A stretch of DNA of 64,000 nucleotides from IMG/VR virus record IMGVR_UViG_3300028131_000823, positions 62,001 to 126,000 of that record; one strand, 5' to 3'. Made by a program: the position numbers and the translations under genes. The notes under the pieces are model-generated. The model did no database searches. It was given only the letters and a program-made list of their open reading frames with translations, and had not been told where the DNA came from. Below, piece after piece: positions 30,446 through 41,320 of this stretch (positions within the stretch are counted from its first letter, which is position 1; each line of letters opens with the position of its first letter).

Positions 30446-30498
30446 GAATATTTATTGTTTGTTTATATATCAACTTAATTAAAATTATATTTTGCTAA

Positions 30499-30582
30499 TT
30501 GTTTATAACTTTTGAAAAAAAGTGTTAAAAAGTTTTCACAAGTCAAAGATTATAGTTATATTAGTATTATAATTAAAACTTA
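30499..30582 (+). promoter_or_regulatory. Early promoter repeat, copy 2
   Basis: Same core GTCAAAGATTATAGTTATATTAGTATTATAATTAAAAC. Confidence 0.8.
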
Positions 30583-30588
30583 ATAATA

Positions 30589-30864
30589 ATGCATAATAAA
30601 AACACAACCATCGATAAAGTAGCTTTAGAATTATTTAATAAACACTACAGTGAATTAAATAAGACTAAACAATTCGAATGTAATCAAGAAATGGTAAACA
30701 ATCCAAAATGGCTAGCTCCTTTCTGGAAGCAGCCAATTTATAAATCAGAAACTCAAAAAATTTGGGATGAAATAATTAACCATGCAAATAAAGCGGGTAA
30801 GGTAGTAGATTGTGGAGCTTGTAAAAACAACGGATGCATCGTTTGTGAAGAAACAAATCATTAA
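30589..30864 (+). CDS. Hypothetical early protein with C-terminal CxxC..CxxC
   Basis: CGAC...CIVC. Confidence 0.6.
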   Translation: MHNKNTTIDKVALELFNKHYSELNKTKQFECNQEMVNNPKWLAPFWKQPIYKSETQKIWDEIINHANKAGKVVDCGACKNNGCIVCEETNH

Positions 30865-30894
30865 TAAATCATATAATAACTAAACAAAAAATAA

Positions 30895-31854
30895 ATGCAA
30901 GCAGTTCAACAACTATTCACAGAAAAATACAGACCTAGTAATCTATCAGAACTTATTTTACCAGAAAGAGTTATGGCCAAATTCAAAGATGGCTTAGTTC
31001 AAAACGTTTTATTAGCTGGTTCTCCAGGTACTGGTAAAACTTCTACTGCAAAGGCTATTGTTAATCAATTCAATATGCCATATCTTTATATTAACGCATC
31101 AACCGATACATCAGTAGATGTTATTAGAACAAGAATTACAGATTTTTGTTCAACTGTTTCAATCATGGATGGACCAAGTTCTATGAAGGTTGTAATACTT
31201 GATGAGGTAGATGGTGTTAGTGATCAGTTTTTTAAAGCATTGCGCGCGACTATGGAAACATTCGCATCAAATAGTAGATTTATAGCCACTTGTAATTACA
31301 TTAATAAATTACCAGATCCTATACTTTCAAGATTTGAAGTTATTAACTTTGATTTTGACAAAGAGGAAGAGGCTGAATTGACTAAAAAATACATGAGAAG
31401 AGTTTATGAGATTTGCACAAAAGAAGAAATGTCAATCGATAAAGCTGCTCTACTTGAATTTGTAAGAAGAAATTTTCCAGATTTAAGAAGTACATTAAAT
31501 AAGTTACAAGGATTTAAGGCACAAGGAACTACAGAAATTAAGGTAGACGATGTTAAGAGATTTAATTCAGTCTATAAAGACGTATTTGAATTAATATTTA
31601 ATGAAACAAATCCTGTTAGTAACTATAAAATACTAGTAAGCAATTATTCTAATAGAGTAGATGATGTGTTACAAAGCTTAGGTGAAGACTTCATCGAATA
31701 CATTCAACAGGAAAAGGCACAAAGTGCAAATCACATTCCTGAAATTGTAGTAGAAGTAGCAAAGCATCAAGCACAAAGGTTACATGTTATTGATCCTGTT
31801 ATTACAATGCTTTCACTTGTATATAAGATACAAGAAATAATTAGAAAAAATTAA
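30895..31854 (+). CDS. Clamp loader ATPase subunit (gp44/RFC small)
   Basis: EKYRP, GSPGTGKT, ILDEVD, SRF. Confidence 0.92.
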   Translation: MQAVQQLFTEKYRPSNLSELILPERVMAKFKDGLVQNVLLAGSPGTGKTSTAKAIVNQFNMPYLYINASTDTSVDVIRTRITDFCSTVSIMDGPSSMKVVILDEVDGVSDQFFKALRATMETFASNSRFIATCNYINKLPDPILSRFEVINFDFDKEEEAELTKKYMRRVYEICTKEEMSIDKAALLEFVRRNFPDLRSTLNKLQGFKAQGTTEIKVDDVKRFNSVYKDVFELIFNETNPVSNYKILVSNYSNRVDDVLQSLGEDFIEYIQQEKAQSANHIPEIVVEVAKHQAQRLHVIDPVITMLSLVYKIQEIIRKN

Positions 31855-31857
31855 ATT

Positions 31858-33090
31858 ATGATGAGAAAAGGCGGACATACATTACTTATTGACGGTAACT
31901 ATTTTTTACATAGTCGCCTCTTTGTTTTACCAAGACCAAAGAATGGTGTAATGTTAGAAGATGAAGCATCGCGTGCTTCACTAATGAGAAAACTTGCAAT
32001 TGATCTTGCATCAGAAGTAAGAAAAATGCGCGGCTTCATAGACAAGGTCGTTGTTGCAGTAGATGCAAGAAGCTGGCGTAAAGATTTATTTCCAACTGCA
32101 GAATATAAAGGCACAAGAAAAGCAGATAGTTCTATAGATTGGAATGCGGTCTATGGTGTATATGAAGAATTTCAAAACATCTTACAAAAACATGGCGTAG
32201 TTGTACATAAAATAGAAGGTGCAGAAGCAGACGATGTATTATTTGGCTGGTCAACTTTACTTATTAACAGAGGTCGCAATTCTATTATATGGACAGGCGA
32301 TAAAGATCTTATTCAGCTTGTTAACTATTCAAAGGCTAATGATTCTTATTCCCTGTGGTATTCCCCGGTACAGAAAAGTCTATATTGTTTCAAGGATTTT
32401 ATTAATGTCTTAGACACATCTGAAACAACTGACACAGACGACCTATTATTTAATCTATCTACATACTCAGGTGTTAGAGAAGAATATAAAATTGCAATTA
32501 AAGATTGGATTCAATCTAATAAAGTTAAATTAACAGAAGTTAATTGCGACGAATTTATGTTCAATAAGCTATTGATTGGCGATAAGTCAGATAATATCCC
32601 ATCAGTTGTGTTATGGCAGAAAGAAATGAAAGGCGGCAAACTTAGAACATATTCAATTACAGAAAAACTCGCAGATAAAATATTTCAACAATACAATAAA
32701 GAAAATAGTCAATTTGTTATCGATCAATTGTTTAATAAAGATGAAATAGAAAAACTCGCAGATGTAGTTTATAGAGTTATAGGTAAATCATCAATTGCAC
32801 AAATTAAAAATAACATCTCACAGAATATGAGTCTAATGATGTTGCATACTAAAGTTATTCCAGATGCAATTCAAAATGAAATATATTCAAGTGTAGAATC
32901 AGAATTAAAAGTATTAGAAGGTACAGATCTTTCTCAATTGACTAATAAAGAAAAAATCTTAGAAGGTACAGGTTGGCTAAAGGTTAGTCAAACACCAAAG
33001 CAATATGATGCCTTTGCAAATATTCCTGAAACAAAAGAGAAAAAGAAGTTAAAACTAGTAGGTAAGAAAACAAACACTAAACTTTTTTAA
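31858..33090 (+). CDS. rnh: 5'-3' exonuclease / T4 RNase H
   Basis: LLIDGN, YKGTRK, EADD, GDKD, GDKSDNIP. Confidence 0.88.
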   Translation: MMRKGGHTLLIDGNYFLHSRLFVLPRPKNGVMLEDEASRASLMRKLAIDLASEVRKMRGFIDKVVVAVDARSWRKDLFPTAEYKGTRKADSSIDWNAVYGVYEEFQNILQKHGVVVHKIEGAEADDVLFGWSTLLINRGRNSIIWTGDKDLIQLVNYSKANDSYSLWYSPVQKSLYCFKDFINVLDTSETTDTDDLLFNLSTYSGVREEYKIAIKDWIQSNKVKLTEVNCDEFMFNKLLIGDKSDNIPSVVLWQKEMKGGKLRTYSITEKLADKIFQQYNKENSQFVIDQLFNKDEIEKLADVVYRVIGKSSIAQIKNNISQNMSLMMLHTKVIPDAIQNEIYSSVESELKVLEGTDLSQLTNKEKILEGTGWLKVSQTPKQYDAFANIPETKEKKKLKLVGKKTNTKLF

Positions 33091-33091
33091 T

Positions 33092-33517
33092 ATGTTAGAT
33101 GAAACTAAACTTTTTGACTTTGTAAAAATCATGTTTACAAAGAGAGATAGTTATGCAAATGTAAAAGAATCTTCTAAAAAGAGACATCATTTTATGATTA
33201 ATCGTTTTATGTCAATTAAGTTTCCAGCAAATGCACAATTATTTAATTTTAATGGCATTAATGGAAGTAAAGTAATTGATTCTTGGCAAATGGTTGCAAG
33301 TCGTTTTAATAAAGTGCCAGGTTGGATATATACTAGAACAAAGAGTTCTAATAAAAATGTTAAAGAAAAATATCAGCCATCTGATGAAGCTTTAAGATTT
33401 TATATGGAAAAAAACGAAATTGGTAAGAGAGAAGTAGAAGAATTAAAGGAGTTTAATAAAGAACAATTTTACTCTGATCTTAAGAAATTAGAAAATCAAA
33501 TAAAAGTTTATGCCTAG
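33092..33517 (+). CDS. Possible clamp loader small subunit (gp62-like)
   Basis: LFDFV...FMINRFMS...W pattern resembles gp62; close to gp44. Confidence 0.45.
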   Translation: MLDETKLFDFVKIMFTKRDSYANVKESSKKRHHFMINRFMSIKFPANAQLFNFNGINGSKVIDSWQMVASRFNKVPGWIYTRTKSSNKNVKEKYQPSDEALRFYMEKNEIGKREVEELKEFNKEQFYSDLKKLENQIKVYA

Positions 33518-34145
33518 ATATTTATTTCCAGAAGTAATCGCAGTTACTTTATATAAATATAATTCAATAGATGGAAAACTTTATACATTAATATGTAACG
33601 AGTGTAAAATTAAACAACATCAAAATACTATATTAGTAAGAAGAGAAGACATCGCTAGACTTTTATATAAATACTTTAGAAATGAAGTAGATGATTTGCC
33701 TTTAATCCCTCATGAGGTTTTACATAAAAAGGCAAACACTGTCTATTTTCTTAAAAAGATATTAGAAGAAATGCCTAACTTAAGATGGTTTCAAATATCT
33801 TATTCTAAAAATAGTAGATTTACTAGATTGAGTGAAAATACAAAAGGTGAAAAAACTTTAAACTTTGAGTTTAAGGCTATTAGAGGTAGTTTTAGAACTT
33901 TTGATTTTTTTAAAGAAAAAGACATGGAGTTTGTTAATTATGTTTTAAAAGAAGTAGGTTGCATAAAAAATATTAATTATTCTTTAGTAAAATTAAAAGC
34001 TCTTTCAGATAGACTTGAAAAACTAGGAGTAACTGATGACCAAAATGTAAAAAATGTCTGCGATAGAATTTTACAAGAATTTGATTATTGGTATGAAGAC
34101 AATCCAGAAGCGTTAATAATTACTGACTATTTGGAAGATATATAG
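33510..34145 (+). CDS. Hypothetical protein
   Basis: In-operon ORF. Confidence 0.65.
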   Translation: MPRYLFPEVIAVTLYKYNSIDGKLYTLICNECKIKQHQNTILVRREDIARLLYKYFRNEVDDLPLIPHEVLHKKANTVYFLKKILEEMPNLRWFQISYSKNSRFTRLSENTKGEKTLNFEFKAIRGSFRTFDFFKEKDMEFVNYVLKEVGCIKNINYSLVKLKALSDRLEKLGVTDDQNVKNVCDRILQEFDYWYEDNPEALIITDYLEDI

Positions 34146-34164
34146 CAAAAAGAAGCCTTGCTAT

Positions 34165-34413
34165 ATGGAAAATAAAAAATCTTATTTAGAAAAGATATTA
34201 ATGGACGTCGATGGTCAGCCATCGTCTAAAAGACTTATTACATTAATTTCTTTTGTTTTAATTTCAACTGCATTTATTGTAAACATTTTTGTTGAAATTC
34301 CATTAAAGGAATATATGTTTGAAGGCATGTTATGGTTAGCAGGCGCAGGCCTTGGTTTTACTACTGTTGAAAAATTTAGTAGAAAAACAGGTGTTTCAGG
34401 AGACGAGGATTAA
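34165..34413 (+). CDS. Holin-like protein with two TM helices
   Basis: DGQPSSKR followed by two hydrophobic helices; late motif at 34137. Confidence 0.5.
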   Translation: MENKKSYLEKILMDVDGQPSSKRLITLISFVLISTAFIVNIFVEIPLKEYMFEGMLWLAGAGLGFTTVEKFSRKTGVSGDED

Positions 34414-34436
34414 TTATAAAATCAGATAAATAAAAT

Positions 34437-36398
34437 ATGGTTACAGGTTATATAGCAACTGAAGTCGGAGATAAGATAATTGCAAAATTAGTAGACCCTT
34501 ATTTAAAGGTTAAAAAAATTTTAGATTGGAATATTAAGACTGCATTTTCAAATGAATTTACAGTTGGTAAATTAACATTTGAGACAGGAAATTCCACAGT
34601 CACTGGTCTCGGTACAAATTTAGACTTAAACAATGGAGACATCGTAATGGCAGGTGGTTATGAGTTTGTAGTAGATAATACTCCTAATATTGAAACTTTA
34701 GTTTTACAAACACCTTCACAAGTAGATCTCACTGATGTTACCTTTTATGTTAAGACAGATCAATATAATTATTTTAGCTATGAATTTAGATGGAGCCAAA
34801 ATGATATTATAGAAAAAGGTGGAGAACATGCTGAATGGCATCCACTCACAAAGGGAACTTTAGTAGGGGAATTATTAGATATAGATTTTGATCCAAGTAA
34901 ACCTCTTTGGTTAGAGATTAGATCAACTGTCGAAGACATACAACCACTACATGATCTTATATTTTTAAGCATTACATATACAATAGAATATGAAGATGGA
35001 ACAGTCGTTGAATGTCCACAAACATGTGTAGACTGCGAACCATTTGAATTAGACGGATGCACTAATATTATAGTAGAATGCGATACTGCTAATTTATATA
35101 ATCCTTATGGTTTACAAAAACCAGCACATCTTTATAAGAGTCTTTCAAATCTTGCAAACAACGTCTATGGCCATAATGTAACTTATTATAGAGTAGAGCC
35201 AAACGTAAGAAGTAGAGACGTTATTTTAAAAGAATATTCGTTATATGACGTAATTGAAAAGGCAAGTATTAAGGTAATGGTACCTAATAATGAGTTTCCA
35301 ACAGAGCAGGCTAATTTTGATATATTTGGAATGGGATTTGAAGACTTTGAAATCCACATTACAGGTGAAGAATTCAGAAAACATTTTAGTGAGAATAAAA
35401 TTCCACGCAGTAGAGACTATTTATATTTTCCTTTTAACAATAAAATGTACGAGGTTAGTATGACAAGTCTCGCAGATGAATTTAATAGAGAACTTACATA
35501 TTTTAAAGTAATGTTGAAAAAATATGAAAATAGGACTTCAACAAATAAAGAAGGTTTTGAAGAAGATCTTACAGATTTAGTAAAAGGAGTTGAAGAAATA
35601 TTTGGAGAAGAAATTAAAGAAGAGCAAGAAAAGGTTACAAAACCTCTGCAATATCAAAGTACTCACCATAGGGCACAGGATGGAGTTAGAAAATTTGTAC
35701 ATAAAGATCTTGCATTAAACGATATTAATCTTAAAAATAGATGGACTGTTGTTACAAGAAATTATTATGACATGTCAACTGTATTAGCAGATGAATTTCA
35801 AGCACCTGCTGTTGTTTATGAAGCTATGTCTAATTTAAAAATGAATGAAAATAGGGCATTTACGTTTTGGGTAAACCCAACAAATACTTTTAATTTTACA
35901 GATAGTGAAAATCATGAAATAATAGATGGTACTAATATTCTAGACAAGGGCTTAATTATAAGTATATCAAATATGTACATTAAAATTATTATAAATGCAC
36001 AAGAGTATTCATTTTTACACAATATAATTTTAAGTAAAGATAAATGGTACGGGGTTGTAGTTAATTTAAGTAATACATATGGAGAGGTAAGTGCATATAT
36101 TTATGTATTAGACAAACAAAATAATTATACAGATCCAACTGGCCAAACTGACTTAGAACAAGGGTTCGCTGGTAATTTAGAAACATTATCCCCTCATATT
36201 TGGGAAACTGATGTTAATTGGAGTCTTAGAGGAAATAAATTTAATGTAACTAATATTAGAATGTTTGATAAGACAATTGAAGAGGAGCAACACACGAACG
36301 TATTGCAGCAATATGTTGTAAGAGACTCTCAACGTGCTTTAATAATTGATAATGCAATACCTTCATTACAGCTACAAAAATATGGTAGTTCAAGATAA
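34437..36398 (+). CDS. Neck protein (gp14-like core) with N- and C-terminal extensions
   Basis: YGHNVTYY..., FGMGFED, P...DYLYFP...KMYEV, YFKVMLKKYE. Confidence 0.65.
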   Translation: MVTGYIATEVGDKIIAKLVDPYLKVKKILDWNIKTAFSNEFTVGKLTFETGNSTVTGLGTNLDLNNGDIVMAGGYEFVVDNTPNIETLVLQTPSQVDLTDVTFYVKTDQYNYFSYEFRWSQNDIIEKGGEHAEWHPLTKGTLVGELLDIDFDPSKPLWLEIRSTVEDIQPLHDLIFLSITYTIEYEDGTVVECPQTCVDCEPFELDGCTNIIVECDTANLYNPYGLQKPAHLYKSLSNLANNVYGHNVTYYRVEPNVRSRDVILKEYSLYDVIEKASIKVMVPNNEFPTEQANFDIFGMGFEDFEIHITGEEFRKHFSENKIPRSRDYLYFPFNNKMYEVSMTSLADEFNRELTYFKVMLKKYENRTSTNKEGFEEDLTDLVKGVEEIFGEEIKEEQEKVTKPLQYQSTHHRAQDGVRKFVHKDLALNDINLKNRWTVVTRNYYDMSTVLADEFQAPAVVYEAMSNLKMNENRAFTFWVNPTNTFNFTDSENHEIIDGTNILDKGLIISISNMYIKIIINAQEYSFLHNIILSKDKWYGVVVNLSNTYGEVSAYIYVLDKQNNYTDPTGQTDLEQGFAGNLETLSPHIWETDVNWSLRGNKFNVTNIRMFDKTIEEEQHTNVLQQYVVRDSQRALIIDNAIPSLQLQKYGSSR

Positions 36399-36428
36399 TC
36401 GAATATATAGATTATAAAACTATAGATA

Positions 36429-37082
36429 ATGTCAGAGAAAAAGAAAACTATTTCAGAACAAGCCGACGAGATTAAAAAAGAGTTAGAAGATCTTTTAGGC
36501 CCAGATGAAAAAATAGACGTAGAGCAAGATCCAAGCGATTTGCCAGTTCCTAAATTTCATAATGCAACTCCAGCAATTAATTATGGTGATATGAAAGCTG
36601 GCGCTGAAAAGCAGGCTAAGAAAACTATCACAAGTCTTATGCAATTTTATCTCGAAGCTGACATTATAGAGAAGGATGAATATTTAATGGCTAAAAAGAA
36701 AATGGACGAAATGACAATGAGTTCATTAGTCTATCAATTAAATGCAGGTGAGAGAGCCCTAACTACATTGTTAGAAACTATAGAAGGTGGAGAACTTGCA
36801 CCTAGAATGTTCGAGGTACTTGCCACACTACAGAAATCAATGTTAGATATTATTAAGAGCCAGACAATGTATTTAATGGCAACTGAAGAAAGTACAAAGA
36901 GAATTGCAAGAGACATTGAACTTTATAAAAAGAGAGACGATGACCAAGAGTTAGACAGTAGAGTCGGTGGTAATAACTCAAGTGCAAATATACAAAGAGG
37001 TACTAAAGACCTTATGAATCAAATCCAGGCTGGAATTCAACAAGCTGATATAGAAGACGCAGAGACAGAAGACAATGAGTGA
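36429..37082 (+). CDS. Terminase small subunit (gp16-like)
   Basis: PRMFEVLATLQKS; GTKDLMNQI; overlaps the large subunit start. Confidence 0.75.
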   Translation: MSEKKKTISEQADEIKKELEDLLGPDEKIDVEQDPSDLPVPKFHNATPAINYGDMKAGAEKQAKKTITSLMQFYLEADIIEKDEYLMAKKKMDEMTMSSLVYQLNAGERALTTLLETIEGGELAPRMFEVLATLQKSMLDIIKSQTMYLMATEESTKRIARDIELYKKRDDDQELDSRVGGNNSSANIQRGTKDLMNQIQAGIQQADIEDAETEDNE

Positions 37083-38889
37083 TAATTTTTGGATACCAAA
37101 AGAAACTGATCAAGCTACAAGTGACCGATTAGTGTGGTCTACTAAAAAAGTAGAAGACCTTGAAGTTGCGATGGACCAAGGTTATAAGCCTCAGGTTAAA
37201 ATGCCATTTTATGAAGGTAGACAATTTTTAAGAAGAGGTAATATTGTTTTTGAATATACAGATGAAGAAATTCAAGAACTTGCAAGGTGTGCTGCAGATA
37301 TTGTTTATTTTGCAGAGAAATACGCAGTGGTTCTTACAGATGAGGGTATTCAACAAGTAAAATTGAGAGACTATCAAAAGGATATGTTGAGAGCCTTTCA
37401 AGAAAATAGATTTAATATATGTCTTGCAAGTAGGCAAATGGGTAAGACTGTTATGGCATCTATATTTAATGCCTGGTTTTTAACATTCTCTACAGACAAG
37501 AATACATTACTGCTTGCAAATAAATCAGATACTACAAAAGAAATTATAGATAAAGCAAAGGTTGTTATAGAAAACTTACCTTTCTTTATGAAGCCAGGAA
37601 TTACAAAGTATGATGTAATGAATGTAAAGTGTGATAATGGAAGTAGACTTGTAGGGCAAAGTACAACTGCAAAGGCAGGTATTGGTTTTACAATTCACCT
37701 CTTGTTCTTGGATGAGTTTGCCCACATTCACCCTTCAATTGTTGATACTTTTTACGAAAACGTTTATCCAACACTTTCAGCGTCTAAGGTTTCAAGGATT
37801 ATTATTACAAGTACGCCAAATGGCTTTAACAAATTTTATAAGATTTATAGTGCCGCTGAGCGAGGAGATAATGAATATGCTCCAATGAGAATAGATTGGT
37901 GGCAACATCCAGATAGAGATGATGCATGGTATAAAAGAGAACTTGGAAACTTAGGAAGCATAGAAGCATTCAATAGACAATATGGAAATGAATTTGTAAG
38001 TTCATCAAATCTTTTATTAGATCCAGGTTCTATGAAGAATTTAAGAAGTAAAATGAAAGACTATCAATTTCATGAAATAGATGAATTTGTAGATGCACAA
38101 ATAGAAACTAAAGGTTTTTTAAGTTGGCATCCTGGATTTGATGTCGAAACATTAGGAGACCAAGACAAATATTGGCTACTTTCAGTCGATATTGCTGAAG
38201 GCAATGGGGGTGACTACTCAATCATTAATATATTTAGAGTTGATCCAATGACAAAAAAGGAAATGGATAATCTGGCAACGCCTGGTGCAATGTATGACTT
38301 CTTTAAACTTAATCAAGTAGGCACATTTAGATCAAATGAACATGTAATAGAAGATTTTGCAAAATGCTTATATATTATAAGCGTAGATCTTTTATATAGT
38401 GAAAACGTTAAGATGGTTATAGAATTTAATACATATGGTTCTGTATTACTTAAATATTTACAAACAGTATTTCCAAGAAGAAATGATTTTGATGAAGAGA
38501 TGGTGCTTAGATTTAAACATAGACATGATGCAAAAGGAGTTAAACATGGTATTAAAATAAAAAATGATAACAAGCCAATATTTTGTCAAAATTTTAAATC
38601 GTTGTTTGAAACTAATAGAATGAATATAACTGAATTTGAAACTGCAAATGAAATAAGTCTTTTTGGTACACTACCAAGTGGCAAATATGGTGCACAAATG
38701 GGACATGATGACCTTGCAATGTCAAGTATAATTGCAACTGAATTTTTTAACACAACGGCATATGCAGATTCAATAGAAGAATTACTAGATATTATAGATC
38801 CAGAAATTCATGACTATATGGAATTAACACTGTATAAAGACAGTCAAGAACAAGGAGACCTTAACTTTGACATTTACGACTTATTATAG
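37075..38889 (+). CDS. Terminase large subunit (gp17)
   Basis: LRDYQ, SRQMGKT, LDEFAH, STPNG, VDIAEG.GGDYS, HDDLAMS. Confidence 0.95.
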   Translation: MSDNFWIPKETDQATSDRLVWSTKKVEDLEVAMDQGYKPQVKMPFYEGRQFLRRGNIVFEYTDEEIQELARCAADIVYFAEKYAVVLTDEGIQQVKLRDYQKDMLRAFQENRFNICLASRQMGKTVMASIFNAWFLTFSTDKNTLLLANKSDTTKEIIDKAKVVIENLPFFMKPGITKYDVMNVKCDNGSRLVGQSTTAKAGIGFTIHLLFLDEFAHIHPSIVDTFYENVYPTLSASKVSRIIITSTPNGFNKFYKIYSAAERGDNEYAPMRIDWWQHPDRDDAWYKRELGNLGSIEAFNRQYGNEFVSSSNLLLDPGSMKNLRSKMKDYQFHEIDEFVDAQIETKGFLSWHPGFDVETLGDQDKYWLLSVDIAEGNGGDYSIINIFRVDPMTKKEMDNLATPGAMYDFFKLNQVGTFRSNEHVIEDFAKCLYIISVDLLYSENVKMVIEFNTYGSVLLKYLQTVFPRRNDFDEEMVLRFKHRHDAKGVKHGIKIKNDNKPIFCQNFKSLFETNRMNITEFETANEISLFGTLPSGKYGAQMGHDDLAMSSIIATEFFNTTAYADSIEELLDIIDPEIHDYMELTLYKDSQEQGDLNFDIYDLL

Positions 38890-38950
38890 AATACTCTAGA
38901 TTTAGGTAGATATATAGATTATAAAAACTAAAAAAAAATAGATAAAAATT

Positions 38951-41227
38951 ATGGCACTTAGTCCTCAATTATTACAATTCAAATCTTCGGGAGTTTACCG
39001 TTTAGAATTTGATAAGTCCCAGGTATCAAGTATATCTGCTGAGACAATAAGATTAGTTGCGGGTCACTCAAGAAAGGGACCTTACAACACGCCGGTTTTC
39101 GTTGAAGATACAGAAACTTTTGTTTTAATCTTTGGTGGAATCGACAAAAAATTAGAAAAGAAAGGAATGTTCTTTCACAGATCATGTTTAGAAGCATTAA
39201 AAAGAGGTCCAATCCTTGCTATGAACTTAGCAAGTTTTGATTCTAATGATGTAGCTTCTTATGCTAAAATTAGTACAGATGGTTCTGATGATGCAGCTGC
39301 AAACGTTTCAGCTACAGATGAATTTGCAAAATTTCATAATACTGATAAGTTTATGTTTCCATCTGATCAATCAGTTTTAGAAACATTAGGAGATTTAGAA
39401 ACATCTCTTACAGCTTTAAATTTAGTAAACATCGGTCAAAAAAACATTACAGTTATTGTAAGACAAGCACAGGATTTAGATAATTCTTTTAATGTTATTG
39501 CAAGAGAGTGGTATGGTGAAGACAATATTCCAGATGGAATTAACGAGTTTGATTATATTTCAGACTACATGGTAGATGTTTTAGTATTTCAAGGAAAATT
39601 CGAAGCTTCTGCAATGGATTTAGATCCAGTTTATGGAGATTATTTTACTTCAACTGGTTTATTAAAAGATAAATTAGTAGATTTTGCAAATGAAAGACAA
39701 GTTAGTTTATTAGCACAATATACTGGTTCAATTATCCCAGGATTTACAGATTTAGAAGGTAATGGTTTATACGTTGAACAACAAATAAACGCAGAGTCTA
39801 GAAGAACAGGTTTATTCTGTGCAATTAATGAAGCTGCAGTTGAAGCTGGAAATACTGATTTAATAGGTAACGCATATGATGCGACAGATGCTAATACTTT
39901 ACTTTCATATAGTTTAAGTGCAGGTGATAGATCAATTGATTTTTCTGGAACTGACTTTGTATTTGCTGCAACAGGTTCATCATTTACATTTACGTCAGCA
40001 AATAACGATGCATTGACATTATCTGTAGGCGATTATATGCCAGCATCTGCTGCTGATACTTTAGCTAGAGTAACAAGAATTTCTAAAACAACAACAGGCG
40101 TTTCTCCAAATGAAATAAGTGTTTATACTGTGAGTTGTTCACAACCAGTTGACGCTACATTTGATCCAGCTACTGATCTTGCTGTTAAATCATTTGAAGC
40201 TTCTGCTACTGAATATTCTTTATTTAATTTAAATAAAGCAACAATTGATGATCAAACAATTCAAAATTGTTTAACTGCATTCTCAAGTGGAGGTGTTAAA
40301 GCTGCATTAGTAGATAGAGACGTCATTGATTTAAGATATATTGTTGATTCTTTTGGATCTTATGAAGGTGGTATATTAAATAAAGCTGAATTTACACAAA
40401 TTGCAAAAGAGAGACAAAACGTTTCTTGTATTTTAAATGCTCCAACTGTTGAAGAATTTAAAAAATCTACAGATCCATCCTTTACAGATGCATTTACTGG
40501 AAGTTTTGAAACAAGATTTGTAAAAGACGGAGGTGATTTATCACAGAATCCAACTGGTACATATTCTTTACCTTCAATTGGAGATGGTGCTAATTACGGA
40601 TTCTACTATGGTCCTGGTTTAAATGTAAGAGAAAACGGTAAAGTAACAGTTGTTCCACCAGCGGCTTATGTTTCTAATAACTACATTGATAAATTTACAG
40701 ATTCATTACCATGGTCAATCGTCGCAGGTCCAAGAAGAGGAGTTATTGGCGGTACTAATGTAATTGGAGCTGAATATCCATTTGATAAATCAGATAGAGA
40801 TAACTTAGAACCATTTGGTTATAACCCAATCGTATTCGAAAGAGGAGTTGGTCTTGTAATTAAAGGTAATAAAACTGCACAACAGACTATTAAGTCTGCT
40901 TTAAGTTCTGCTCACGTTAGAGAAGTATTAATTTACATTGAAAACGGTATTGCAGATATTCTTAAAGATTATGTTTTTGAATTTAACACTGCACAAACAA
41001 GATTAGAGATTAAAACTCTTGCAGATTCATTTATGGAATCAGTTCTTGCAGATCAAGGTGTTTACGCTTATAAAAACGTAATGGATCAGACAAATAATAC
41101 TAATGAAATTATCGATAACAACATGGGTATCTTAGATACATTTGTTGAACCGGTTAAAGGTTTAGAGATTATAGTTCATAGAACAACAATCTTAAATACT
41201 GGAGAAATCGCAACAGGTAACTTCTAA
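38951..41227 (+). CDS. Tail sheath protein (gp18)
   Basis: SSGVYRLEFD; C-terminal PWSIVAGPRRG, NPI, GNKT. Confidence 0.92.
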   Translation: MALSPQLLQFKSSGVYRLEFDKSQVSSISAETIRLVAGHSRKGPYNTPVFVEDTETFVLIFGGIDKKLEKKGMFFHRSCLEALKRGPILAMNLASFDSNDVASYAKISTDGSDDAAANVSATDEFAKFHNTDKFMFPSDQSVLETLGDLETSLTALNLVNIGQKNITVIVRQAQDLDNSFNVIAREWYGEDNIPDGINEFDYISDYMVDVLVFQGKFEASAMDLDPVYGDYFTSTGLLKDKLVDFANERQVSLLAQYTGSIIPGFTDLEGNGLYVEQQINAESRRTGLFCAINEAAVEAGNTDLIGNAYDATDANTLLSYSLSAGDRSIDFSGTDFVFAATGSSFTFTSANNDALTLSVGDYMPASAADTLARVTRISKTTTGVSPNEISVYTVSCSQPVDATFDPATDLAVKSFEASATEYSLFNLNKATIDDQTIQNCLTAFSSGGVKAALVDRDVIDLRYIVDSFGSYEGGILNKAEFTQIAKERQNVSCILNAPTVEEFKKSTDPSFTDAFTGSFETRFVKDGGDLSQNPTGTYSLPSIGDGANYGFYYGPGLNVRENGKVTVVPPAAYVSNNYIDKFTDSLPWSIVAGPRRGVIGGTNVIGAEYPFDKSDRDNLEPFGYNPIVFERGVGLVIKGNKTAQQTIKSALSSAHVREVLIYIENGIADILKDYVFEFNTAQTRLEIKTLADSFMESVLADQGVYAYKNVMDQTNNTNEIIDNNMGILDTFVEPVKGLEIIVHRTTILNTGEIATGNF

Positions 41228-41242
41228 AAAATATAAATTTTA

Positions 41243-41275
41243 TTAAGAGGGTTGAAATATACCCTCTTAATTTTT
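41243..41275 (+). terminator. Rho-independent terminator
   Basis: TTAAGAGGGT...ACCCTCTTAA followed by Ts. Confidence 0.7.
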
Positions 41276-41320
41276 AAAGAAATTTTAAAGATATATAATT
41301 AAAAATAAAAGAAAAACAAA

